A stretch of DNA of 64,000 nt from Vicugna vicugna (lineage: Eukaryota): assembly GCA_013265495.1 (NCBI GenBank), contig MU058337.1, forward strand, positions 5,746,716 through 5,810,715. The letters are read 5' to 3'. A program made the translations under genes and the position numbers. How positions within the stretch are numbered: the first letter of the stretch is position 1; every line of letters begins with the position of its first letter. Positions 1 through 11,700 of this stretch are shown here, piece after piece. A model generated the notes under the pieces. The model was given only the letters and a program-made list of their open reading frames with translations. It was not told the origin of the DNA and did no database searches.

Positions 1-605
1 CTGCAAGAGAAGAGGAGGAGGTCATGCTGAGACTGGCTCACCAGTCATCAACATGACTCCCCAGGGGTCCAGGCCTGACCCACCAGGGCACCCCAGATGT
101 TTGGGTCTGTAGTCTGCCTTTCGTATATCTCAGCCGTTGCCTGATTAGTGTGTGTTACAAACAGTCTGAGAAGAAAAAGGAGACAGGACAACTTATATAA
201 AGTGCAGTTTATTTCCTGACTTAGTAGTCTTCCTTTAGGGCCATTTGAACTGTGTACAACCTTTTGTGAAATAATATTCAAATATTTGGGCCTGAAGTGG
301 ATAACATCAAGACCAGTTATGGGACCAGCTGTCAGCTCACCGCTCTATTGTGCATTCAAAATTGATAGAAACTGTGTGCTTTCCTTCACATTCATTTTCT
401 CAAACAAAGAGCTCTTTTATTCCCTCTGTGTTAAGTCATAGTATCTTCCTAACTATTCAGTCTTTTTCATTTATTTATTTATGTTTAGTAGCAGGATTAA
501 TTTCTTTTGCTGAAATGTAGACACAGTGGTTGGGGCCTCCATGGTGACCTTTATTGTTCCTGCAGCTATAATTTGGATTTGACCAGTGGTTTATCCATTC
601 TGTAG

Positions 606-824
606 AAAAAAAAGAAAAGCAACAGATAGTGGCTGGCATATTCCACCCAGCACTTGCTGAGAGTATCAGTTACATCACGGGGAGAAGCTCGAGGGACCAG
701 CTCTGAGAGAGCTGCAGGGCCCTTCATCTCTGGACTGTAAACGTGGGCCTCTTGCCAGCACCTGGAAAGGGACAGTGTTACTACAGGAGAGGGCGTCTCA
801 TTGACTGTTGAATCCATCTCCATG
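606..824 (+). other. Candidate upstream TMTC4 exon A ending in ATG (822-824)
   Basis: Acceptor ccattctgtag|606; no ATG before 822; ATG|gtcact would splice in frame to 2538, but the donor is weak. Confidence 0.25.
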
Positions 825-939
825 GTCACTCAGATAGAAGCCCACAGAAAAGATGCCTGTGACCTCAGAAGGCCTCTTAGGCTGACTTCCTATTGATTCT
901 AAAATCTGGGATATTTCCTTAGAGAACTGGAAACAGATA

Positions 940-1158
940 CAGTTGACTCTTGAGCAACATGGATTTGAACTGCACGGGTGCACTTCTGTGTGGATTTTTT
1001 CCAACAGTAAAGATGACAGTGCTACATGACTTGCAGTTAGCTGAATCGCTGGGTGCAGAGGAGCTACAAATATGAAAGGCTGGCTGTGAGTCACTGGTGA
1101 ATTTTCACCTGCGAGGAGGGTCAGTGCCCTAACCCCCACATCATTCAAGGGTCAACCG
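940..1158 (+). mobile_element. Tigger2-type (TcMar) MITE, complete
   Basis: TIRs CAGTTGACTCTTGA / TCAAGGGTCAACCG; TA at 938-939 and 1159-1160 (TcMar TSD). Confidence 0.85.
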
Positions 1159-1431
1159 TACTTCTTAGCTGCCTTCCCAATCGAGGGACCTGGGATCTTC
1201 TTCCATCTCAGCACAAAGAAGGGGGACTGCTGTCTTGGTACCAATAAGCCAAATACTTCAGGAGATTCTCAAAAGAGACTACGTTTGTGCCTGTGCTTCC
1301 TCCCTCCTTGAAGAAAGTACCTGTAAAAATAGGTAACCTTCCCTCGGTGTTCAGTAAAGCCAAGCCTTGTTTCTGAGCACTTTAGGTGTCTTGTTTAACC
1401 ATCATCGTGGCTATGTAAAGTAGGCCCAGTT

Positions 1432-1500
1432 ATCATCCCCATTATAGAGGTGAGGAAACAGAGGCCCAGAGAGGTGAAGTCACTTGGCCAAAGATACACG
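1432..1500 (-). mobile_element. MIR SINE fragment
   Basis: ccccattatagaggtgaggaaacagaggcccagagaggtgaagtcacttg = reverse MIR core. Confidence 0.75.
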
Positions 1501-2030
1501 GATTGGAACGTAAGCAGTTTGACACAAGCATGATCCAGAGGGAGTGTCTGTTGAGGCTGTGGTGGGAATGAGGACAGATTAGGTGGGATGGGTGTGGGAG
1601 GGGTGGGTTGATATTTGGGCAAATTTCAAGGCAGAAAGTTTTTGGCAATGCTCACTGCTGGAAAGTTCAGCTATGCAGAGGGGCACAGGAAGTGGGCTCA
1701 GAGAGGGTGGAGGACACACAGGCCACAGAACTCAAAAATGGCAAGGCTGAGAGCAGACAGTTCTGGCTTTAACACTTTGCCTGTTGGGAAGAAATGTTAA
1801 AATAAATTTCTGTTTTGAACTTGACTCTCTCTCCGATATTGAAGTTCATATCCTCTCCTGGAAGAGCTTCCCTCTTCTCCTTTAGGATCCGGCTCATCCT
1901 TCTGGGATAAGATACTGTCCGAGGCCAGTATACCATGTGCTCTCCTTCCTCTGTCCTCCTGTGTGTGAACCACTGGCCTGGCCACTGCGCGTGTGTCCCG
2001 CCTCCTCATCTCCATTCACCTCTCCTCCAG

Positions 2031-2176
2031 TGTGTGTCCTGCAGATAGACTGTAGCTCTTCCAGATCAGGACCAGGCTACACACACACACACACAGACAC
2101 ACACACACACACGATGTGCTAAGACTCAACAATAAATATTTATTGATTTTTTTGCTTGATTGGAGGAAGCAAGATG
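2031..2176 (+). other. Candidate upstream TMTC4 exon B ending in ATG (2174-2176)
   Basis: Pyrimidine-rich acceptor cacctctcctccag|2031; gcaagATG|gtaact has A at -3 and a reasonable donor; in frame with 2538. Confidence 0.25.
2079..2112. repeat. (AC)n microsatellite, one G interruption
   Basis: Direct reading. Confidence 0.95.
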
Positions 2177-2537
2177 GTAACTTTTTTTTTTAACTTTGTA
2201 AACTGGTTCAAGGACTAAAAAAAAGATTTGCCTTGTGGGGTTGGTTGATAAATATGATTCCCTTAAATCAAGCTTTCTCAAGGATAATCCAATATCAGAA
2301 ACCCAAGGACTTCTGATTTGGTGGGTTGAACTTGGGCCCAGGAGACTCTCTGTGTGTCCCAGGGGACTTTTCTGCCCATGAAACCACAACTGAAAGCTTT
2401 TAATGATTTCATATCCTATAAACTCGCAGGAGGAACGACTGTCTAGCTCTTACTCTCTTGAGGTCAACATGTCCACTGTGTAAACGTTCCTAACAACGCT
2501 TTGATGAATATTTATAACCATGTCACTTTCCCTGCAG

Positions 2538-2753
2538 GTTTCTCACCAGCATAATGCTGAAGCAGGAGGCTGGCAGCCCGAAGGTTTCAGGATGGCCGAG
2601 TGGGATGCTGATCTGGATTGCATCGTTCCGTCTTCTGTCCTTCCTCCCTTCTGGGCTAAGTTAGTCGTGGGCTTTGTTTCCCTTGTGTGTTTCGCACGTA
2701 GCTACGATGGAGATTTTGTCTTTGACGACTCTGAAGCTATCGTTAACAATAAG
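2538..2753 (+). CDS. TMTC4: TMTC4 CE1 (216 nt): [72 protein letters not shown]; Met at 2592; first TM helix and catalytic DD motif
   Basis: Acceptor ctttccctgcag|2538; donor AAG|gttcgt; ATG 2592 in strong context (aggATGg). Confidence 0.95.
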
Positions 2754-5700
2754 GTTCGTGTCTAAATTTCTCTTTGATGAACTGATGTTAACCATTCGCT
2801 TATGTCTCAGTGATAATCTACATTTGTGTTGCATTATTCTCTGCTGAACTTTGGCTGAGCCTTTGCCGGGGCCCCAGCGTGCTCAAGATTCCCCGTCTCT
2901 TTCAGATAGCGTCTTCTTGATATAGGGCCCTTTTATCGCTGGCAGCAGGGTCTCAGCGCCCTGCCTGACTGCAGGCTTTGCCCTGGCCGCGTGCCCTCCA
3001 CGGGGCCCCAGTCTGTGCACGTATCAGAGAGACCATTATTCTAAGACTACGAGGTCAGGGTGTTGCAGGGCATTGCAGACTGTTTCAGGTTTTGTGACAG
3101 CTCCCCAGTGCTCTAAGGCAGAACGAGCCTCCCCCACCCCCCTAAAATAATCATACATTTGCTGCAGTCATGGCCAAATCTGATCACCCACCAGAAGGTG
3201 CGGCCTCAGCAGCAGGCAGTGAGCTGACTCCTCCTTTGTCCTTCGCTGATGGTGTCAGGACAGCCCGCTGACAGCGCCGGAGGGCCAGGAGGGCACTGCC
3301 CGGGGAAGCTGTGGTTCCTGCTCGTTTCCTATTTGAAGACGCAGATTTGCTGAATTTGCAAAACCCCAGCCGGTCTTGCTCACCAGTGGGTGCCGGGAAA
3401 ATGATATTTTCTTTCATTTACTGACTAGCGACAGAGAAGAAGAAATAGGTTGTGGGAAGGGAAGAAAAAGATCTCAGTGAGCTAAAGGAAAATCAGAACA
3501 AGAAACTTAGAGGCAGGGAGAGCCCAGAGGAGAGGGAACGGGGAAATGGCACAGGTTAAGGCCCTGTGACAGCCTCACTGCTCGGCAGATGCTGTGTGTG
3601 TGTGATGAGAGCTTGAAGGCATTTGTGAATCTCTCTCTAGTAGATGCAGTTGTAGCGACTCTTTGTAACACTGTCCTTAAATGCTCTTAAAATTTTGAAG
3701 TCATGGATTCTACCCAGTGAGGAAAAAGTCATTTTCTTGTTGAAAGTGTTGAGAAAAATTCTCTATATAATAAACATGTATTCCGTGGGAGGGAGGCGGG
3801 CGCGGGAGTGACTGTTTTGCAGATATTTTATTTATAACATACTGTCAGTGATTTTCTCTGTTTTCATGGCACACACTGCAGCCTAGTTGATGTTTCTTTT
3901 TAGTTCAAGTTCTTCACCTGTAATTTTCCTCAAGTTCACCCAGCAGTTACTGCATGTTCCTGTTTTGGTTCTTTTTTAAACCATGCCTAAGAGAAAAAGA
4001 AGTAACTTTGTAGCACTAAGCAACTATGTCACACTGATGACTTAATAGCTAGAATTGGTTTTCTAACAAGGCTATGAGGATATGCCTTTATTTTTAAAAT
4101 TCCATTTGTTGAGAGTTTCTTGATTCTTCCACTCTTGTGAAGTAGAGGATATCTAAAGTGTGAACTCAGGACCTACATCGAAGTTTGGGGAGCAGGGCAG
4201 GGGAAGTGTGAGCTGTGTCGTCTGTGAGGAGCCCTGGCTGGTATGCGGTTGTAATTCTCTCTCCTTCGGTGCAGGAAAGGCCGATGGAGCCATTTCGTGG
4301 CTCTGCCGTGCGCCGTCTTGGCAGTGTTTTCTAGAGCATCACACTGTGCCCTTTTTGTTAACTTGCTAGCCCTCTTTTTTTCCTTTCCTGTTTAATGAAA
4401 GGCCCTCCTCTGTTCATTGGCACTGTGCCTACAGTAATGTGAAACAGGCTGTTACTGGGTTTTATTGGTGTCCAAGACTGTTTTCCAGATGCTTCCTTGT
4501 AGTGTTGAGTTGCCTTTTTTCATTGAGATGATGATTTTCTTTGAGACAGTGGAGTTAACAGGAATTTCAGATGCAATACATCTTTTCCATAAATCAGCCC
4601 AAGGAAAAATTGACCTTTCCTCCTGTAGCGCACCCTGCTGTGCGTAGGCTGCATCGAATCAAATATTTAGAGCTTTGTTGGTGTTCATTTTCTGCTCAAA
4701 TGGAGGGAAAGATCGTCTGCTCAATCCCTTCACAGCTGAGAAGGAATTTCTGGGACAGTGTGAAAGTACAGTGACTTGCAGTTTTGTAACCGAGTAAACT
4801 AAGTTAGTGGGTAGATCACACAACCTTCATGAAACATCTAACGGACTCGTAGAGGGAGCCCCTGGGACATGCAAGGCCTCTGAAGCTGATACCCAGCGGA
4901 AGTGAAATTCACCCTCACAGTGGGTATCAGGTGACCAGCCGCCCATCCTCCAGCTTTTCCCTTGGAGGCGTTAAGCACCTAAGTGGCGCATACTCACTGA
5001 ATTACACTGTGTGTTGTAGACACTGGTTGCTCTCTTGGACCACCGGGATCTGACATGCTTCTTCTGTTTGGGGGCATTTGCACCTTCAAATGGTTATCAG
5101 ATGCAAAGACTGTCTGGACGTAGACACAGGCAAAGGCTGTTCTATCGGATGCACCTGCCCGTCGGACTCAGGAGCTAGTCATACACGGGGGATGGGGTGG
5201 GGGTTCCGGAGGCAGCCAGGCAGGCTCAGCGAGATGTCCGGCGGTGTGATTGGTGGGGTGCCCTTCTGGCTGCACTGCCCTGACTGGTTTTCCAGCCCAC
5301 CTAGGAAGTCACTGAGCCTTGCCATTTCCTTTGAAACATTCTTTTTTTTTTTCCTCAAGTCAATCAGTGTTGTTTTGGTGACTGCAGTGAAGAATCTTGA
5401 CTGATAAACCACGCAGGGCTTATCACACCATAAGTTCTAGACCCTGAAACATTCCTGTTTAATTATGCTGTAAAGAGAAAATTAATATTCAGTTTTGATA
5501 TTTACTCCAAGGGCCTTGTCTGCCTTTCTTCTTGGTGAACACAGTTTGAGTAATCTAGTTTCATATTTAAGTGTAAAAAAAAATAGATTTATTTTTAAGC
5601 ATCTCTACAACAGTACCTAATTAAATTACCTTAAGAGATAGGTATCGTTTTTAAATATTGAGTCATTTTTATCTTTAAAAATTATGTATGTAGAAGTTGT

Positions 5701-8700
5701 TTTTTCTTTAATTTTACTGTCTGCTTTAGCTTGTGATCAAGAATGGGAAACTTTAAAATAGATTTGCTTTCTCACCCTTATGTTTTAAGTGGGCTGTTCT
5801 TGGTAAATTACCTTATGTATTGGATATGAGAGGGTGATAGTGACCTCATTGATCTCATTTAGCAAACAGTCCATTTTTTCACACAACATGGATTGAGCAC
5901 CTTCTATGTACTCCCGCCAGACACAGGGGTGGCCCAGGCCTTGTGGGCCCCCAGTCCAGTGGGGCAGACAGATGGCAGGCACGTGATTGTAAGCCGCGCT
6001 TGCGGCGGGTGCAGTGAGGACAGGTGCAAGATGCCCCAAGACCCTCACTAGGGAACTGCGTCAGCTCAGGAAGGCCACAGCCCAGTGGCCAAGATACGAA
6101 CATTGGAGGGCTGAGGGGTAGCTGTTCCAGTGGAGACCTGTGCATGCAAAGCGCCGAGAGGGGTAGCCGCAGGAGTCATGTGGGGACCAGACGAAGGCCA
6201 GTAGCAGAGCACAGAGTCCACGAGATGAGCCTGCAGAATCCAGCGGGAGCCAGAGCAGGACATAGGCTTGGTCCTGGAAGGGGAGGGAGCTGTTGGCTGT
6301 TGCCACGTTTCAAGCAGGGCCGGGTGGGGTGACCGATTTGCATCCTCGAGAGATCAATGTGGGGGACACATCAGAGGGCACAGTGGGCCTGCTGGGAGGC
6401 CTGGCTGTGTCCTCGGTGAGTGGTGACAATGGCTTGGCCTGGGACTGGTGGGAGAGGTAGAGAAGAGAGTGTGAGGAGCTTTAAAGAAGAGCACTTGGGG
6501 AGGGCTTCAACGTCCTAACTCCAGCGGGGCTGTTCCCACAGGACCTCCGAGCAGAAACACCCCTTGGGGACCTGTGGCATCATGACTTCTGGGGCAGTCG
6601 GCTGAGCAGCAACACCAGCCACAAGTCCTACCGCCCCCTGACCGTGCTGACTTTCAGGTGAGAGCAGTAGTGGGGATGGGGTGGGGGGCACCTGGGGCTT
6701 GTGTGCGATACTGTACCAGGTCGTTTTGTATGAGGTTCCCCGGTCCATGATTCTGAGGCAAGTACAAGCCTCTGGCTGCGTGGTTCTCCAAGTTCATGCT
6801 AATCCCAGCTGCAGGGAGTTAGGTGACAGGAGGATGGGGAGCACATGCATCCAGGGCTGTGCTGGCAGGGCGGACACGGACTGTGGAGCCGTGCAGAGAA
6901 GGTCAGCCTGGCCCCGGGCGAGGATGACGCGCACATCGGTGAAGTGGTCCATGTTCTGCAGTTCTTGGAGGATGGACCCTTTGCAAGTTAATACTGAGGA
7001 AAGACTATGTCAAGGCAATATGTAGCATCTAATGAAATTGTTATTTTTTTAACTATAAATAAGATATAAATCGTCCTCCTGTGACCCAGTCAACATGCAA
7101 GAACAAAATGAAGCTGAAAACAGTCTTCCCCACCCCCACCCCCATTAGTTAGGGAGCTCTTTGCATTAAACAGACCCCTCGACCTCACAGAAGTTCCCAT
7201 GCATAGCTATTTCTCAGATGCATTGGTTACCTGTGTATAGATCTTTCAAAGAAGCGTGGAAATGATGGCTTGGAACCACTGGGGATGGAAGAGCAGGCAG
7301 AAATAAGACTCCCTGACAACAGGGCAGTGCTTCATTGTTCAGAAGGCCCGGGGATGAACTGTCAAGGAGTATTTGGGGGTGGGGGGTGGGGAGGGATAAA
7401 CGGGAGTAAGCAACTCACCTGACTCATTTAAATCGAGGTCCCTGTGGGGTTGCCTGAGTGACGCGTCGTATCTCATATCTTCCTGGAAGATAGTCTTGCC
7501 TTTTTCGCACTTAAAAATCTGTCTCGCTTTCCTTTCACTTTCCCTCTCCACGTATGTTCTGTCCCACTCCCCTGAGATGCGCTTATCTTCCCTCTTTCCC
7601 TGTGCAGTTAATTAAGGTCTTACCTTGTCTGCAGCCTGCTTGGTTGGACAGGCGTTATTTGTCTTGGTGCTGTTTTCCTCACAGACTTTATCTCCTCCGT
7701 TTAATATTGTCACTCACCAGATTTTCCCCTCAGATGGCTTGCATTTTTTTCACACGCAGCCGGGCCTCCAGGGTGATCACCCTTCCTTTACCGTAGGATG
7801 AACTACTGTCTGTCGGGAGGCTTCCACCCCGCGAGCTTCCACGTGGTCAACATCCTCCTGCACAGCGGCGTCTCCGTGCTGCTGGTGGACGTCTTCTCCG
7901 TGCTGCTCGGGGGCCTGCAGTACACCAGCAAGGGCCGGAGGCTGAACCTGGCCCCCAGGTCGTCCGTGCTGGCCGCGCTGCTGTTCGCCGTGCACCCGGT
8001 GCACACCGAGTGTGTGAGTATGGTCCGCCCGCCGCCTCTGCGCTCCTGTGAGGATGGGAAGCCGTCCACGGATCAGCTCGTTCCCTAAAACAGGCTTCCC
8101 TCCGGCACCCACATGGCTGTAGAAAGCAAGCATGTGCTGCGTGCGTGTGAGGCCGACAGCTGAAACTGATCTGTGGGTCCAGTGGGTCTCCCTTATGAGA
8201 AATGCAGGGTCCCCTCTGGGTGAAGGCTTTATAATGACCGGATGGCATGATCTCTTGGGATACATTCTTTTTCCTTACATGACCACACTGTAAAGGTATG
8301 AATGCTGACTCTTGTCTGGCTTTAGGGTCTCAAAGCCAGAGGCTGAGATGACCTTTCTTCCAGGAAGGGTCTGATGACGTTTCCCCATGTTAGCTGAGAG
8401 CTCTGCAATGTCCAGAATACTTTCTCATGCTCAGTATGAGGGTCACAGCAACTGTGGCATCAGATGAGGCAGCATAACGGTGTCCACTTTTGCAGAAGGG
8501 GGAACAACCTGGGAGGATAATTTAAGGACTTACCCCAGGCCAGCCATATAGCTAGTGGAGGTAGGGACAGAACTTACCATCTGGTTGTCCGAGGCCGGTG
8601 CTGAGGAGGGGCCAGTATACTTTGAGTGGAACTGGAAAGAGGGTCCCCACATCCTGGTGCGGATGGCTTCTGAACCCCCCAGTCTCCTTCTCCCCCTCCC

Positions 8701-11700
8701 CTCCCTGTCTTGTCCGCCTCCCCCTGACAGGCTCAGCCCATGGAGTCAGGCAGCTCCTGCTCTTAGTCTATTGAACTGCTGCTGAATATTTTGGTACAGA
8801 CTGGTTTGGGATTTAACCAAACACTTGTGGGGTTTTCGGGAACCACCCTACCCCACCACTGTGGAACCCTTTGAAAATTAAGTCAGCATGTTTGCTGAGG
8901 CAAAAGATTTGATTTTAGTTATTCATTCTGTGAGCACGAAGTACCTGGTATAAAATACTACCTGGACGTTATTACTTCTCCACGATAGATTTCTGCATTT
9001 CATCTGTATTTAAATACCTGCATTATTGACCGATTGCGTTGAGCATCTTGAAGTAAGTTTCAAAATATTGAGCAGAATGCCTGCCTTTAGCATTTGGTTT
9101 TGTTACTTTCATTAAACTATCTGTTCTTTGGTATTAAGAGGATTGTGGAATTGTTCTCACAACCTTCTTCTAATATCTTATTACTTTAAAACTTTTAAAA
9201 AAATTCTCATAATTTTTTGCTTCAGCAAATTCAGAGGCTGGGGACTGTTGTAAGACGGATATATATATAGCTGTGGTCGAATTTGTTTCCATGTGAGTTC
9301 TCTTTATGGTCTAGGTGTTTGTTGGGACCCAGAAATAATGTGTGCATCAATCAAAAATAAGGGAATTTCTGGCAAAAATACTGATTTACTGTTTTGGTCC
9401 TTGTCCAATTTTGTGTGATCTTAAAAGCAAAATGAAATATTTGAATTATTAATCAAAGAAATGTTTCTAAAATTCTAGTTTTAAATGATGGGAAGTTAAG
9501 AAAAGTTTGAAATACTCACAGATATAACTGGATGTGTGCAAATACATGCCCCAGATAAATGCGGTCTGGGAACACATGAACCCCAAATTCTACATTTGGG
9601 ATATTTACGAAGAAGCTCAGGGAGGTCCAACTATAAGAGAGAAAGGAATATTTGAAAATGTCTTCATCTCTTCATCCCTGCATTCCACGAAAGCCATCCA
9701 GGCTTAAATTGCAAAAGAAGTTTACGGGTCATTGAAAACTAGCATTCCTAAGATAGATAATTTGTGTGTTCACCTTTCCTTATTTCGGCAAAAAGCAGGC
9801 CCACCCAAGGAGACCGTGGAAGGCGAGTCCCCCAGAGCTTCCCAGGCGGACACTAGGGGAGCGGCCCTGTGCTCGGGACGTGGGCTGGGCTCCAGGGCCT
9901 CCAGCAGTCCAGACGGGAGGGGGGGGGCTAAGGGGGAGGTTTCCTTGCCCCTTGTCTGATGGAGGCCCCAGGGGACACCAGTGCCACTGGGTTTCCTTTG
10001 TCCTCAAAACATTGGTAAAGATTTCAAATTGCTTGAATTTGGTTGTCAAAGAGGGACGTTCCATTCCCCTTACTAATTCTGCCCATCCAGTGAACCCAGG
10101 GTTTACTGCTGAAGGAATTGGATGGGAAGACAATCGCCCTTCCCCTAATTCCTCCTTGCGCCCCGGTGCAAGTTGTTCCTAGCGGGGAGGACCCCTGCTT
10201 CGTGGGTCCTGGGAGTCGCAGTGACTTCTCCGGAAACGCTGGTATGAGCATTTCAGGTTATTTGTAAGGGGAAAAAAATGCCTTTGTAAAGCACTTTGCC
10301 TGAAAATACATACTACACAAATATCAGAAAAGAAAAATAAAATCTTTCTGTACGGATGCCCATGACCCAAACAGTTAATCTTAGGACCTCCTTGGATAGC
10401 CTTTTAAATTTTTTTTCTGTGAAATAGCTCTCTAATTACAATGCCAAAAATTCACTGAAGGACTCCATACCCTTTAAAATACTTGCCATGCTTTTTTGAG
10501 GGGTTGGGGGGAGGAGGTAACTTGTTTTATTTTATTTATTTTTTAATGGAGGTACTGGGGATTGAACACAGGACCTCATGCCTGCTAAGCAAGCACTCTG
10601 CCAGTTGAGCTATACCCTCCCCCGACTTGCCACACTTTTAAAAACTTGTTTTTCTTTATGTCAGTTGATGTAATGTACATTGCTTAAGGCCTGGGGATAC
10701 CGTCACCAATTAGCCAAAGGGAGAATGTTTTAAAAATAATTTTATGATGTTTAGAGTTCGTTTTAGTGGGAGTCTCTTTTTTATTCAGGCATAGTTGATT
10801 TACAACATTATATGTTAGTGAGAGTGAGAGTCTAAATGTACCTCAGCCACCCAGATAGGAAGTGGTTTAGGCTGGCCTTTTTGGCCCCTATCCCTGGTGT
10901 TTATCCAAACCACTTTCCTCTCCTTCGCTCAGTTCAAGAAACCTTGTTCTTTGACCCTACACATCCCCCTGGCCCTGCTTCCCTGACCCCTTGGCTCTAA
11001 GGACCCCTTTGGATCCACTTCTCTAGGTTGGCTTCTCTTATTTTTTCCTCTGAAAGGGTATGGGATCCAGCCCACCCTTGGGCTCCATAGAGAGCCGCCC
11101 CTGGAAGATGCAGCTCCTAGCCCTCTCCAGTGTTGGCGGGAGGCCCACAGGACCAGCTGCTCCTGCCATCACCCGCCGCAGAGCTGCAGAGCCCATTCCT
11201 GCTTCACCCTGAGCTGCTGTGTCCTTTGTGCACTGCCCTCTGCACAACCCCCGCCCCCCAGTCCCACCCTGTCCTAGTTTACAGCAGCACCTCCGGGATC
11301 TCTGTGGGAATCCACCTTGAGCCAGCACCCACTGTGTGCCGGGCTCTGTTGAGTCTCGCTGCATCCCCGACTTTACTGTGTCTCTGAGTGAGTTACGGGC
11401 CAGAGGATGCGAGAAGTCTCATTACATACTTCCTTCATGGAGTAACTGTGCCGTTTAACCCTCTGGCATACTGGCCTACTTGTCCCAGCTCTGTTGAACC
11501 TTTGTTTGTCCTGAGCTTCCTTCCCTGGAGGTTTTTTTCACGTGCATGGCAGTCACAGGTTGGATTCAGCTGTCAATCTTCTAAGTGATTGCGTGACTCC
11601 GTGGGTTGCCACGTGCACCTCCATCCGGAGTTCACCATCAGAATGGATAATCGCCTCAGCATTTCATATCTAACCAGCGTAGCAGGAAACTGCTCCTTAA

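Noticed and set aside
7777-8265. Antisense ORFs of 162, 133 and 88 aa over CE3 (and similar ones over CE7 and CE9)
   Set aside because: Shadow frames of very high-GC3 coding exons; no recognisable domain.
10545-10620. tRNA-like sequence with A and B boxes (also 33165)
   Set aside because: Has an A-rich tail and TSD and lacks a proper cloverleaf; it is a SINE, not a tRNA gene.
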